Of a stretch of 62,792 nt of DNA, positions 8,696-18,367 are shown piece after piece. The notes beneath the pieces are model-generated. The model had not been told where the DNA came from, made no database searches, and saw nothing but the letters and a program-made list of their open reading frames with translations. Each line of letters begins with the position of its first letter. Within the stretch, counting starts at the first letter, position 1. The stretch is from an uncultured Candidatus Poseidoniales archaeon. Lineage in GTDB: Archaea > Thermoplasmatota > Poseidoniia > Poseidoniales > Thalassarchaeaceae. The translations under genes and the position numbers were made by a program. The stretch covers positions 1 through 62,792 of the forward strand of contig CAYNXD010000025.1 in the NCBI GenBank assembly GCA_964401115.1. The letters are read 5' to 3'.

Positions 8696-9916
8696 TCACC
8701 GAATAATAGAGGAATCTTTTGCTAAATCGTTGGTGATATTCTTTTGATGACTTTCAAGTGTGCCCCCCCCAATTTCAAGCAGCTTTGCATCACGCCATAA
8801 TCTCTCAACCACGTATTCCCCAACGTAACCATAGCCACCCATTACCTGCATCGCTCTATCAGCAATTTCTTTCGCTAGTGTTGTTGCTACCAATTTGATA
8901 CCATCAGAATCCAAACGTTGGCTGCTTTTTTCGATATCCATTTGTCTAGCTACATTGTAGAGGTATGATTCCATTGAACGCCATTCAGCGAAAGACTGTC
9001 CAATATATCGTTGGATTTGTCCGAACTTCCTAATTGGTTTCCCAAATGCTTCTCTTTCGCTTGCGTAGCGATTCATCTCGAACAAAGCACGTCGAGCGAT
9101 ACCTACACTCATCGCGGCTAACATTAATCTTTCAAGCTCCAAGTTTCTCATCATGTGAATCATGGATTCACCTTGGGAGCCAACCAATGAATCAGCAGAA
9201 ACGATACAGTCATCATAAACCAATTCAGCGGTATTTGATGCCCTCATTCCGGTTTTATCCATAATTTTCTGCCCAACTGAAAAACCAGGGCTATCTGCAT
9301 AAACTAGGAATGTAGAAATCTCAGAACGCCCCCTTTCATCTAGGCCGGTCTTAGCATATGTCCAAACCACATCACAAGGAGTATCATCATCATCAATACA
9401 TCCGTTAGTAATCCACATTTTTCTTCCATTGATTTTCCAAGTCCCATCATCTTGTTCTTCTGCAGTAGTCCCCATGCCTAGCACATCGGTCCCTACATCT
9501 GGCTCTGACATTGCCATGGCTGCTATCCATTCTCCACTGCAAACTTTTGGTAATATTGCAGCCATCTGGGCATCAGAACCGTTTCGTGCAAGGTTGTTGA
9601 CAAACAACATACTGTGAGCCAAATAAGCGAGGGCAAAACCGGGGTCACTGTAGGATAACTCTTCATGAACAATTGCTGCAGCTAATGCGTCCATTCCGGC
9701 ACCCCCGAATTCTTCTTGAGCAGTAATTCCTAGTAACCCCATTTCACCCATGTCTCTGAGAAGTTGTGAATTGAATCTCTCAGCTCTATCATAATCTAGT
9801 GCTTGAGGCTCCACCTCTTCTGCCACCCAATCTCGGACCATTTCTCTGAGCATAGCATGCTCATCCGTTGGATTCGCAATATCAAGATCCTTCCAATTTG
9901 TCACGATTACACCCAC
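8696..9916 (-). CDS. Acyl-CoA dehydrogenase (isovaleryl-CoA dehydrogenase-like)
   Basis: AMSEPDVGTD, NGRKMWITNG, KTGMRASNTAEL, REAFGKPI, GGYGY, RDAKLLEIGGGT. The start may be GTG 9904. Confidence 0.9.
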   Translation of the reverse strand: MGVIVTNWKDLDIANPTDEHAMLREMVRDWVAEEVEPQALDYDRAERFNSQLLRDMGEMGLLGITAQEEFGGAGMDALAAAIVHEELSYSDPGFALAYLAHSMLFVNNLARNGSDAQMAAILPKVCSGEWIAAMAMSEPDVGTDVLGMGTTAEEQDDGTWKINGRKMWITNGCIDDDDTPCDVVWTYAKTGLDERGRSEISTFLVYADSPGFSVGQKIMDKTGMRASNTAELVYDDCIVSADSLVGSQGESMIHMMRNLELERLMLAAMSVGIARRALFEMNRYASEREAFGKPIRKFGQIQRYIGQSFAEWRSMESYLYNVARQMDIEKSSQRLDSDGIKLVATTLAKEIADRAMQVMGGYGYVGEYVVERLWRDAKLLEIGGGTLESHQKNITNDLAKDSSIIR

Positions 9917-9933
9917 TGCGTAATACTAGGCTC

Positions 9934-12900
9934 TCACTTGTTTTCGCTCACCCAGTCTTGAAGCTGCTGTATTGACCAACCTTGGTCGAAGTATCCTTGA
10001 ATAGTCTCTTCATCCCATTGTGGGAAGAGGCGTTTTGCTCTATCCATCTTTGACTCACCTGATCCAGGTGGCCCTGCGCTTCGTCCGGGCGGCCCAGCAC
10101 TGTATCCAGAAGTTTGAGTTTCACGCCCACCGTAATCACCTCTTGACATTGGCTGAACGGCTTCTCCAGGTGGTAGATAATCTTCATCCTCTACGAAGAA
10201 ATCGTCCTCATCTTCTCCTCTGTTACCCATGAACATCATAATCCCAACAACTAGTGCAATTAGTACAATGATGACCGCAGCAATTCCCCCGTATAGGGCC
10301 CAATCAGTTCCTCCAGTAGCAGAAGTACCAGCAGCACGAATATGGAATGAGTCAGACTCTCCAAGATCGTTACCATCCATATCTTGAATCTTGAACTTCA
10401 CCGAAGAAACAGCCTCAGGGAATGCATCTACTTGCACACGGCATATTTCTGACATACTTGGAGCAAATGTGGTGCCACAACTGTGATTGAAATTTCCAAC
10501 CTGCTGCCCTTCAATTACAGTGTAAATTTGTAGTTGTAATTCACCCGAGTCAGTCCCAACATTAGTGACATCAACAAGAATTTCGAACATTTGCCCTGCT
10601 TCGGGCTGGCTGGGTGAAATCATTACACGGTCAATTCTAAACTCGGCTTCCTGATAGGTCAGTGAGTACTCCCCGCCTTCCACAGCAGAGCCAAATTGTC
10701 CTGCCAATGTAATACCATTTCCTGCGGAATCGGTTCCAGATATCCAGAATCGCAAATCCACACCATCAAGATCAGATGGTAATTCGTGATTAGGCCACAA
10801 ATCAAGACAATCAATGGATGCTCTGTTTGGTGATGCAGTCAAATCCAAATTCAAATCTTCAGTTTGCCAAGGGTCTGGATAAGTGGATTTATACTGTGAC
10901 CAGTTCAAGTCATTGTAGTAATACATCCAATTGATTTGCATAGATCCATCTATCAATTTTTGTCTCTCTTCAATAGCGAAATCAATGTTGACACAATGAA
11001 TCGTAGAGGATGGCAATATCCCGGAATAAGATTCTCCACTACCACCTGATTCCAAATCCCATGAGCCCCATACTGCTGTTGGAGCCTCGTTATCCACCTT
11101 GACATAGAAAGTCCTATCATCAGCTATTGAGAAATCAGTTGCCCCAATAGGCAAAGAGAATTCACAATCGGGATTGCTAGAGTCTTCAGCAGCACAAATT
11201 CTGAACACGTATCTGTATTCATTTGTAGAAAGAGCAGCAGGTACTGTTAGATCAAAAGTTCCGTTATAGAATGGGTAGTAACTGACTTCTGTAGCGGCCG
11301 CTACGTATCCACTTCCCGGCTTGTCAGATTCTCCGCCAGGATAAATAGGGATTCTAGTAATCTCCAATGTCATTGGGATTTCTGGTTGTACAAAGATACC
11401 ACCTTCCAAAGCCGATTTGAAAAGGTAATCGCCAGTAATTTGGAGAAGGTCACCTGGTCGAACAAAGCCACCACTAGCAGTACCTACGGATTCAGTGATG
11501 AATCCCGAGGTATCGCTAACGCTTAGTGTAGCCACATCAAATTTCAGTCCATCGGAATAAGCCCATCGCTGAATATATCTACTACTGGATAGTTTTGTTT
11601 CGCTGCTTTCTGGGTCTAAGTCTTTCATGAATACTTCAGGAGTAATCACTCCTTGCAGAGTAGTAACACCCCAATTTAGACGAATCGGTAAATCAACTAA
11701 AAATTCAGTTTCAAATGGGTCAATTAGCGCTGTTCCATCTAATCGGGTAGCTCTAGGTTTGATTCCATCATCTTCTATATTCAAAAATTCGGCAGATGTG
11801 CTTTCCGTCCATGCAGTTCCATTACGAGGTGAGAAGAAAAGAACCAAATTATTGTTGTATGCTGGATTCAAATCGACCTTTACATAATCAACATCTCTCC
11901 ATCCATTTTCATCAGTGCCATCAATCAACAAATGGTAGACATTTCCTGCGTACATGGATTTGTTGAACTCTGTCAGAGGATTTCCAAATGCATCTTCGAT
12001 ATGTAGTGAATATGCTTGAGGTGGAATTGACATTTTTCCAATGTAAGTAATCAAGTCACCAATGAAGCCACCCTCTCCACCATTTATTGGATTCCCTGAG
12101 ATGTCAGTGCCTGAAACGAACAGACTTGTTCTTGGGGCAGGTGCGCCATTAGGCACAGTTAATCCTGTTTGCCGGTCATCGATACAATCATTTGTTGGTG
12201 GGCAACTTGGATTGGATATGAAATATGTAGTGTTCCCATTATCATCTGTAGAATACTCGGTTAGAGGAATAGACTGATACTCATCGATTTCAGCTTGTCT
12301 GTTACTGTTAGTATCATGTTGTGCTTCAACCCAATAATTCAAGGTGAATTCTGGTGGTGTATTGGGTATGTCTCGAACAATAACTCGGAACTTTTGGTTG
12401 GCTTCAGGTTCAATCCAAGTGTCGTCCATCAATTCACGCCAATTCGTGCCAGTCCATACACTAATATTCACTAAGAATGGTGAGTATTGGTCAATATATA
12501 CTGTCATTGGGATACCACATTCGCTATCTGGGGAAAGTGATTGAGGGGGGCAGATTGTATTACCGCCAGTGTAATTTGCGAGACGTAGGCGGAAGGTATC
12601 ATTACCAGCAGAAAGTTCTGGAACCACTGGTTGCCAAGAAAAGTTTCCACCTAGTACTCCATTGAGCCTATCCACTTCATTCCATTCGCTTAGATTCGAC
12701 TCATTCTGAGTTTCGAAAATTAGGAAGTATGATGATGGGTCTGGAGCAACATCAAGATTCTCAAGACGAACGGTTCCTTCTAGGGTGAAAATATTGTTAC
12801 TATTAACATTTGAAAGATCGGTTTGGGGATCTCCAGCTTGATTAAGTACAGTTAGTTGTGATATTGAAGCATCATTTTCTACTGCATTCCCTGCTCCCGG

Positions 12901-15819
12901 TGGGTCAAATAATCTGGCTGCTGGTAATCCTTCAGAACCAGAATCGGTAATTAGAGTTGTAAAAACCCTAGCAGATTCAGAATCCTCCCAAGCTGAATTT
13001 ATTCTGAAGCGCCACGTAATCTGCTTTCCATTTACTATGTCAGTAGAACTTGATAAGGCTGCTAGGATTGATACAAGATCTGAAGATTCACTGTTTGGAT
13101 ACCAGAATGAATCATTGTCAGAAGACCAAATTATCTCAGAAAACCCACTTTCGGATTCAAATTGTAGGCTGGCACCAACCATTGAAACACCAGAAATAGA
13201 AGGGTCGATTGAATGTGTAGAAATTACTTCGTAGACCTCACCTGTGGCATACAAACCAACCCATTCTTCACTCAAGTTTAGAGTCGAATCATAACCACTT
13301 TCTGTAGTAACCATGAGGTCGGAAAGAGTCAATCCACCACCACTATCTGATGAAAATTCCATCGGAACCAATACTTCGCCACCGATTGCTTGCCCAAGTG
13401 CAACTCCTTGATTTAACTCTCTAGCAATATTGTTGTCATCTGATAGAGTACGACTCCAGGTGTAAAAAATGTCCAAATCCCTTAGGTTGATGCTTGATGC
13501 TGCCTGAGCGGATGGGTTTGTAAAGCGGAAACGGAATTGAATCCACTCGTTACCGAATGAATCAACATTACTTACAGGAACAGATGTATTATCGATTAGC
13601 GACTGAATGTTGTGTGCGAATTGCTTCAAATCACTCCTTTCATCGTCAGGAGTCATTCTTGCTTCTTCACCCACAGTTCCTAACACCTCGGATGCCTGGC
13701 CTGCAAGTAATTCAATCGTTGCGTTTCCAATATTGGCATTATCGAATGATAATTCAGCATGGCTAATATCTGCTCCTTTTGGTAAGAAGAAAACGGCGCC
13801 TTCAGCTTCACCGTTGATATTCATCGACAAGATAGTATTATCAGAACCATAATTGATTCCATTTACCATTTGTGTTCTGAACATCTGTTGTCGCCCCAGT
13901 GATCCATACGCACTTTCAGTAATCCCCCATTCTATATCGCCATCTCCCGCAACATCGAGTTGAACGTTAGACATAGTATGAGCAAATCTAACCTCCATCC
14001 ACATCGAATAAACGGTACATTGGGCTGAATATTGTATGCCTAGAGCGATTCCTGTAGAAGGTGCGCCAAAGGTCAGCCATTGGTTGTTTAATGGACTAAA
14101 GGTTCCAGAATTATTGTTTGTTGGTACAACAAATATTTGTCTATCAGAGGATGTACAAGAATCAGAAATAATCGGTTTGACAGCCATAATTGGCATTTTG
14201 AATCTATTTTTTGATAAAGCAGGCGACCAGTTATTATCTATCATCGTCGGACTATATCCAATAACTCCACCACCTTGTTCAGTGGTCCATTGCCCGTTGG
14301 CAAAGGTACCTCCAATGTACATTAAGGAATCTGATGAATTTAGGCCAGTTCCAATTTTTGTTCCAAGTGTGAAACCATACAATACTGGGGTATTCATTCT
14401 ACTAGATCCTGAATGGTAATTAAATCGTAGGTCAATCAATCCATATTGGTCTGTATCAATATCCCATAACTCAATCAATTCCCCCTCAAGTCCGGACAAC
14501 GCTACTCCATTAATGTCAATCACTACTTGGCCATTTGAAGAATCTAGAATATCTACGGTGAATGAGCCGGGCCCAGTTGTTACTACTTCAACATCAAGAA
14601 TACCGAATCCCTCTGGAAAACCATCCCCAGCCAATTGGGGTGTAGCCGTAAAAGATTTCATTACCACATTTCCAGATTGTGGCAAAGGATCGCCAATTTG
14701 GAATGTGTCGATATACCAACCTGGCATGGTGGCATTTACTGGGGTGCCCATCACTACGTTTCTTTCAAGGATGAATCGCAAGCGAATGTATTTACCCTCA
14801 GACATTGACAAATCCAAACCAATATTAGCCCAGCCATTCTGATTGTTTGGAGACATACTCTCTCCTGCCAGAACCCAAGCGTTAGCTGGTACTGAAATTG
14901 TGCCCTTACCATTACAATTTGATTGGACTTTGTTTGCCCCGGAAGTTTGCACTTTCTGGAATAATCCATGAGTTCCTTGCTGTAACCCTGTGGTGTTCCC
15001 CATATCGAAGTCAAGGAAACTCCACTGAGACCAACCCACAGCATCAGAAGAATCTTGGAAAGCCACGTATGCACAATCTTCGTAGTACATTGCCCCAGGT
15101 CCGGTGGAACGGTAGTTGAGGCTGTGCCAGGAATTGAAAGATGCAGAACCTTTGTTGGGATGAACCCAGATTGGACTTGTATCCATTGTGTATTCAAAAC
15201 TACTAACCATTGAATCATCAGTGTAATCAGGGTCATCAAAGTTGGTCCCCCAACAATAGTTGCCCATACCACAACCAGTTGGAGGCATCATTAGGCCACC
15301 CATTCCACCCCCTGGTGTTTTTCGCTCCCAATTGAACATACCATCAATAGCAGGCCCGGGTACCATACCTTGGCCCCCAGTCTCGAATTCAGCATTGAAT
15401 CCTAGGCTTGAGAGAGCCAAAAAGTCTTGTTCAGCCGAAAATGAACAGTCCATGATGTTAGTTGGGTGGTGGCAATTTGCGTCACTGTATGTCGTCAATC
15501 CATTGTTGTATCTTGGGTCCCATATGCCTCCTCCATTGGGGGGCATGATTGACTCGTCATAAGTTATGAAATCAGAGTGCGTAGCAAAACCCGTGGAAAC
15601 ATTAAGGCTTGCCGATGTAATTGTCTCCCCTTCTGGCAGAGAAATTGCCCCGCTCAAACTATCCTGGTAACTTCCAGGAATTCTAAGTTCTACATCAACT
15701 TCAGTACTCCCATCAGAAAAAATTGTCACTGACGCTGCTCCAGCAGATGTGGATAAGAGCATTAGCCCAATAATCAGGTAACTTATCGACTTTTTATTTC
15801 TATTATTCATGTCCATCAC
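9934..15819 (-). CDS. Large secreted, membrane-anchored surface protein (1961 aa) with a C-terminal CARDB/Ig-like domain
   Basis: N-terminal signal peptide, acidic beta-rich body with many N-x-S/T sequons, CARDB-like ISPSQPEAGQMFEILVDVTNVG, one TM helix and a cytoplasmic tail. Confidence 0.8.
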   Translation of the reverse strand: MMDMNNRNKKSISYLIIGLMLLSTSAGAASVTIFSDGSTEVDVELRIPGSYQDSLSGAISLPEGETITSASLNVSTGFATHSDFITYDESIMPPNGGGIWDPRYNNGLTTYSDANCHHPTNIMDCSFSAEQDFLALSSLGFNAEFETGGQGMVPGPAIDGMFNWERKTPGGGMGGLMMPPTGCGMGNYCWGTNFDDPDYTDDSMVSSFEYTMDTSPIWVHPNKGSASFNSWHSLNYRSTGPGAMYYEDCAYVAFQDSSDAVGWSQWSFLDFDMGNTTGLQQGTHGLFQKVQTSGANKVQSNCNGKGTISVPANAWVLAGESMSPNNQNGWANIGLDLSMSEGKYIRLRFILERNVVMGTPVNATMPGWYIDTFQIGDPLPQSGNVVMKSFTATPQLAGDGFPEGFGILDVEVVTTGPGSFTVDILDSSNGQVVIDINGVALSGLEGELIELWDIDTDQYGLIDLRFNYHSGSSRMNTPVLYGFTLGTKIGTGLNSSDSLMYIGGTFANGQWTTEQGGGVIGYSPTMIDNNWSPALSKNRFKMPIMAVKPIISDSCTSSDRQIFVVPTNNNSGTFSPLNNQWLTFGAPSTGIALGIQYSAQCTVYSMWMEVRFAHTMSNVQLDVAGDGDIEWGITESAYGSLGRQQMFRTQMVNGINYGSDNTILSMNINGEAEGAVFFLPKGADISHAELSFDNANIGNATIELLAGQASEVLGTVGEEARMTPDDERSDLKQFAHNIQSLIDNTSVPVSNVDSFGNEWIQFRFRFTNPSAQAASSINLRDLDIFYTWSRTLSDDNNIARELNQGVALGQAIGGEVLVPMEFSSDSGGGLTLSDLMVTTESGYDSTLNLSEEWVGLYATGEVYEVISTHSIDPSISGVSMVGASLQFESESGFSEIIWSSDNDSFWYPNSESSDLVSILAALSSSTDIVNGKQITWRFRINSAWEDSESARVFTTLITDSGSEGLPAARLFDPPGAGNAVENDASISQLTVLNQAGDPQTDLSNVNSNNIFTLEGTVRLENLDVAPDPSSYFLIFETQNESNLSEWNEVDRLNGVLGGNFSWQPVVPELSAGNDTFRLRLANYTGGNTICPPQSLSPDSECGIPMTVYIDQYSPFLVNISVWTGTNWRELMDDTWIEPEANQKFRVIVRDIPNTPPEFTLNYWVEAQHDTNSNRQAEIDEYQSIPLTEYSTDDNGNTTYFISNPSCPPTNDCIDDRQTGLTVPNGAPAPRTSLFVSGTDISGNPINGGEGGFIGDLITYIGKMSIPPQAYSLHIEDAFGNPLTEFNKSMYAGNVYHLLIDGTDENGWRDVDYVKVDLNPAYNNNLVLFFSPRNGTAWTESTSAEFLNIEDDGIKPRATRLDGTALIDPFETEFLVDLPIRLNWGVTTLQGVITPEVFMKDLDPESSETKLSSSRYIQRWAYSDGLKFDVATLSVSDTSGFITESVGTASGGFVRPGDLLQITGDYLFKSALEGGIFVQPEIPMTLEITRIPIYPGGESDKPGSGYVAAATEVSYYPFYNGTFDLTVPAALSTNEYRYVFRICAAEDSSNPDCEFSLPIGATDFSIADDRTFYVKVDNEAPTAVWGSWDLESGGSGESYSGILPSSTIHCVNIDFAIEERQKLIDGSMQINWMYYYNDLNWSQYKSTYPDPWQTEDLNLDLTASPNRASIDCLDLWPNHELPSDLDGVDLRFWISGTDSAGNGITLAGQFGSAVEGGEYSLTYQEAEFRIDRVMISPSQPEAGQMFEILVDVTNVGTDSGELQLQIYTVIEGQQVGNFNHSCGTTFAPSMSEICRVQVDAFPEAVSSVKFKIQDMDGNDLGESDSFHIRAAGTSATGGTDWALYGGIAAVIIVLIALVVGIMMFMGNRGEDEDDFFVEDEDYLPPGEAVQPMSRGDYGGRETQTSGYSAGPPGRSAGPPGSGESKMDRAKRLFPQWDEETIQGYFDQGWSIQQLQDWVSENK

Positions 15820-15896
15820 TCATGAACCGCTATGCGGTTCAGAAAACCGACTGCAGATTTACATTTAACCTCGATGGGCAATTGTACTTTCCAATA

Positions 15897-16577
15897 TCAT
15901 GTAGAAAGTGGTTCAAAACGGCGCTTAGAGTAGCAACTTTCTGCTAATTCAGCCAACCCCCCTAGAGATCCTTCGTTCTCGATTAAACGTTCAATATTCG
16001 CAACTGTAGTCGGCCTTTTTGGGCCTAGCGCATCACACAATTCAGGGCCCTTACTAATTTCGAAAGTCCCTAAAGTTCTTGCTTCATCCACAATCTCCTG
16101 CTTATCTAGTCCCAAGAGGGGTCTAAGAACGGGTAAAGATGAGGCCAATTCTACAGCTCCGAGATTGCCTAATGTTTGACTTGAAACCTGTCCTAGGTTC
16201 TCGCCTGTCAAAAGATGTGTGGCACCAACATCTTTTGCTATTAGACAACCCAGTTGATTAAACAGCCTTTTCATATGGACGAAATAATCCCTATGGGATG
16301 ATGGATTGGTGAATTTGGCTAGTGTTTCGCCAACTGGAATAACCATCAATTCCTTGATAATTTTACTAGAATATTGTGCAAGAGGCCCGTCAGGATTAGC
16401 AAGATGAGCGAGTGTGGATAGGGTTTTTTCTTCCGCCTCCCTTCCAGTGATTGGCTCCTGGCTACAATGCATGGGGTAGATTTTCCATCCAGCTTTAGCC
16501 ATCCTAGCAACCGCGACGGGGGAATCGATCCCACCCGATACTAAGGCAATTGCAACTCGTTCCGACCCTACCTCCAT
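15897..16577 (-). CDS. thiI: ThiI-like PP-loop sulfurtransferase, catalytic domain only
   Basis: ALVSGGIDSPVA, TGENLGQVSSQTLGNL, RPLLGLDKQEIV..A..LGTFEIS. No N-terminal THUMP domain. Start set at ATG 16577. Confidence 0.75.
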   Translation of the reverse strand: MEVGSERVAIALVSGGIDSPVAVARMAKAGWKIYPMHCSQEPITGREAEEKTLSTLAHLANPDGPLAQYSSKIIKELMVIPVGETLAKFTNPSSHRDYFVHMKRLFNQLGCLIAKDVGATHLLTGENLGQVSSQTLGNLGAVELASSLPVLRPLLGLDKQEIVDEARTLGTFEISKGPELCDALGPKRPTTVANIERLIENEGSLGGLAELAESCYSKRRFEPLST

Positions 16578-16688
16578 GGGTCTCGGATACGGTTCTACCG
16601 GATGAGCACTTCTCTCACAATCGCAATCATTTTGCTTCAATAAAACAAGGCTTGATGAGGGGTGAGCGCTGGGGGACGTATTGATAAC

Positions 16689-17150
16689 ATGACATCTGAA
16701 CCTTTCTCAATCGAACCCGTGGTCTTAATTCAGGAGGTTTTTCCTGGTGATACAAACGCCTACAATACTCTGTTTGGGGGTAGGTTGTTGTCAATGATGG
16801 ATACCGCAGCAGGTATTGTATCCAGTAAATTTGCCCATCGTCAATTTGTAACTGTTAGTATAGATGCTCTGAAATTCAAAAAACCGGCTTATCAAGGAGA
16901 TTTGATTGAGGTCACGGCTAAGGTGGTCTTTACTTCAACTCACACAGCGGGTTGTCACGTGATTGCTCGAAGAATAGATAGGAGTGTATGGGAAACAGAA
17001 GATATCTGCGTAGGCTTCTTTTTCATGGTAGCAATTGACAGCCAAATGCGACCAATTCCAATTCCACAATTCGCCCCACAAAATGAAGAGGAACAACAAC
17101 TCTGGGATGAAGCCCAGTTAGCTCGTGATGCAATGAAGGCAAATGACTGA
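16689..17150 (+). CDS. Acyl-CoA thioesterase (HotDog fold, YciA-like)
   Basis: PGDTNAYNTLFGGRLLSMMD, VTVSID..FKKP, FFMVAID..RPIPIP. Confidence 0.88.
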   Translation: MTSEPFSIEPVVLIQEVFPGDTNAYNTLFGGRLLSMMDTAAGIVSSKFAHRQFVTVSIDALKFKKPAYQGDLIEVTAKVVFTSTHTAGCHVIARRIDRSVWETEDICVGFFFMVAIDSQMRPIPIPQFAPQNEEEQQLWDEAQLARDAMKAND

Positions 17151-17189
17151 GCCGGCGGGTTCAATGCTGATAATCTATCCCGCGACTTC

Positions 17190-18194
17190 ATGACGGTTTT
17201 GAATGTAGCATTTGTAGGTACTCAGGATTATGCTAGAAAGATTGCAAAGCTAAATGATACTAGGGACATCGAGAGTTACGTTTTCAAAGTTGTTGATGAT
17301 TCAATTACGAAGGTTATTTCATTACTAAGGCCGCTTCGACATCCGGAGAAAATTAGGCCACTTCTTTCAGTTCTAAATGTTGCACGGTGTGGGATTGTGG
17401 AGATTGAAAAGATTGACTCATCGATTGGCGAAATACTTGTTGCTTTTGGCTGTGCAGGAATTGAGCATGGCCACATAATTCTCAGGCCAGAAGACGGGGC
17501 GTGGATAGATCCAGAACAAATTAAAGTGATTCAGGAACAAGCCGGCCTCTCATCATGGGTGCTCCATACAGTTCCACCCGATGAGCATGAAATGAGGACT
17601 CTACTTTTGAATTTACTAGATGATTTAGAAGATCAATCCAAGGGTAATCTGGTAATCCCAGTCGACCAATTTTTCAACGTCAAAGGAGTAGGGTTAGTCG
17701 CAATTGGATATGTGCAATCTGGTAGTGTCGATAAGCATGACAAATTGATTGCACTACCAACTAGGGAAATTGGGACAGCCCGCTCTCTTCAGGTTATGGA
17801 TGATGATGTAGATACGGCAATTGCAGGAGATAGGGTGGGTGTAGCAATGAGAGATATGAGGCAAGAAGCTCTAGAAAGAGGTAGTCTCCTAGTAAAACCA
17901 GAGGATGACGGTAGTAATCAATCAACTATGACTCAGCACGAAAAAAGTATCCTCAAATTACATTCAGCCCCGTTTCAACAAAAATCACTAGATGTGGGCG
18001 ATGTGATTCATGCGGCAGTAGATCTACAATTTGTAGTGGGTAGAGTGGAAGCGATTGAAGAAAATAATGTGGAAATTTCATGGGATAGTCCGCTGTTTAT
18101 TAGAAGCGATAAACAACCTAGAGTATTGGTTAATCAATTGGATTTGAAAATGAGAGTTCTTGGATATAGTGACAACCTTTCGCTAGTCGAGTAA
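17190..18194 (+). CDS. Archaeal SelB-like / EF-Tu domain II protein with a degenerate G domain
   Basis: IPVDQFFNVKGVGLVAIGYV, RSLQVMDDDV..AIAGDRVGVA. No intact GxxxxGK motif. Confidence 0.8.
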   Translation: MTVLNVAFVGTQDYARKIAKLNDTRDIESYVFKVVDDSITKVISLLRPLRHPEKIRPLLSVLNVARCGIVEIEKIDSSIGEILVAFGCAGIEHGHIILRPEDGAWIDPEQIKVIQEQAGLSSWVLHTVPPDEHEMRTLLLNLLDDLEDQSKGNLVIPVDQFFNVKGVGLVAIGYVQSGSVDKHDKLIALPTREIGTARSLQVMDDDVDTAIAGDRVGVAMRDMRQEALERGSLLVKPEDDGSNQSTMTQHEKSILKLHSAPFQQKSLDVGDVIHAAVDLQFVVGRVEAIEENNVEISWDSPLFIRSDKQPRVLVNQLDLKMRVLGYSDNLSLVE

Positions 18195-18367
18195 TTTGCT
18201 AGCACCCAGTCCTTTCCAGCCTTGATAAATTGTAATTACTTGCAATACCGGCTTTTGCGACCCATTAGTTGGGGTAACGTGTATAAGCAGACCGCTAACC
18301 TGCTAGTCTTGGGATGCACACTGGGGCTAGGCCCTAAACGATGAACTGAGTAGATGGGGGCAGGTAA

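Noticed and set aside
17190-18194. Evidence for selenocysteine decoding
   Set aside because: The G domain is degenerate, as in the widespread SelB-like paralogue. No Sec machinery or in-frame UGA genes were noticed.
18331-18343. GCCCTAAACGATG, resembling a 16S rRNA segment, or a C/D-box-like ATGAACTGA
   Set aside because: Too short, with no flanking rRNA similarity and no complete C/D architecture; compatible with chance.
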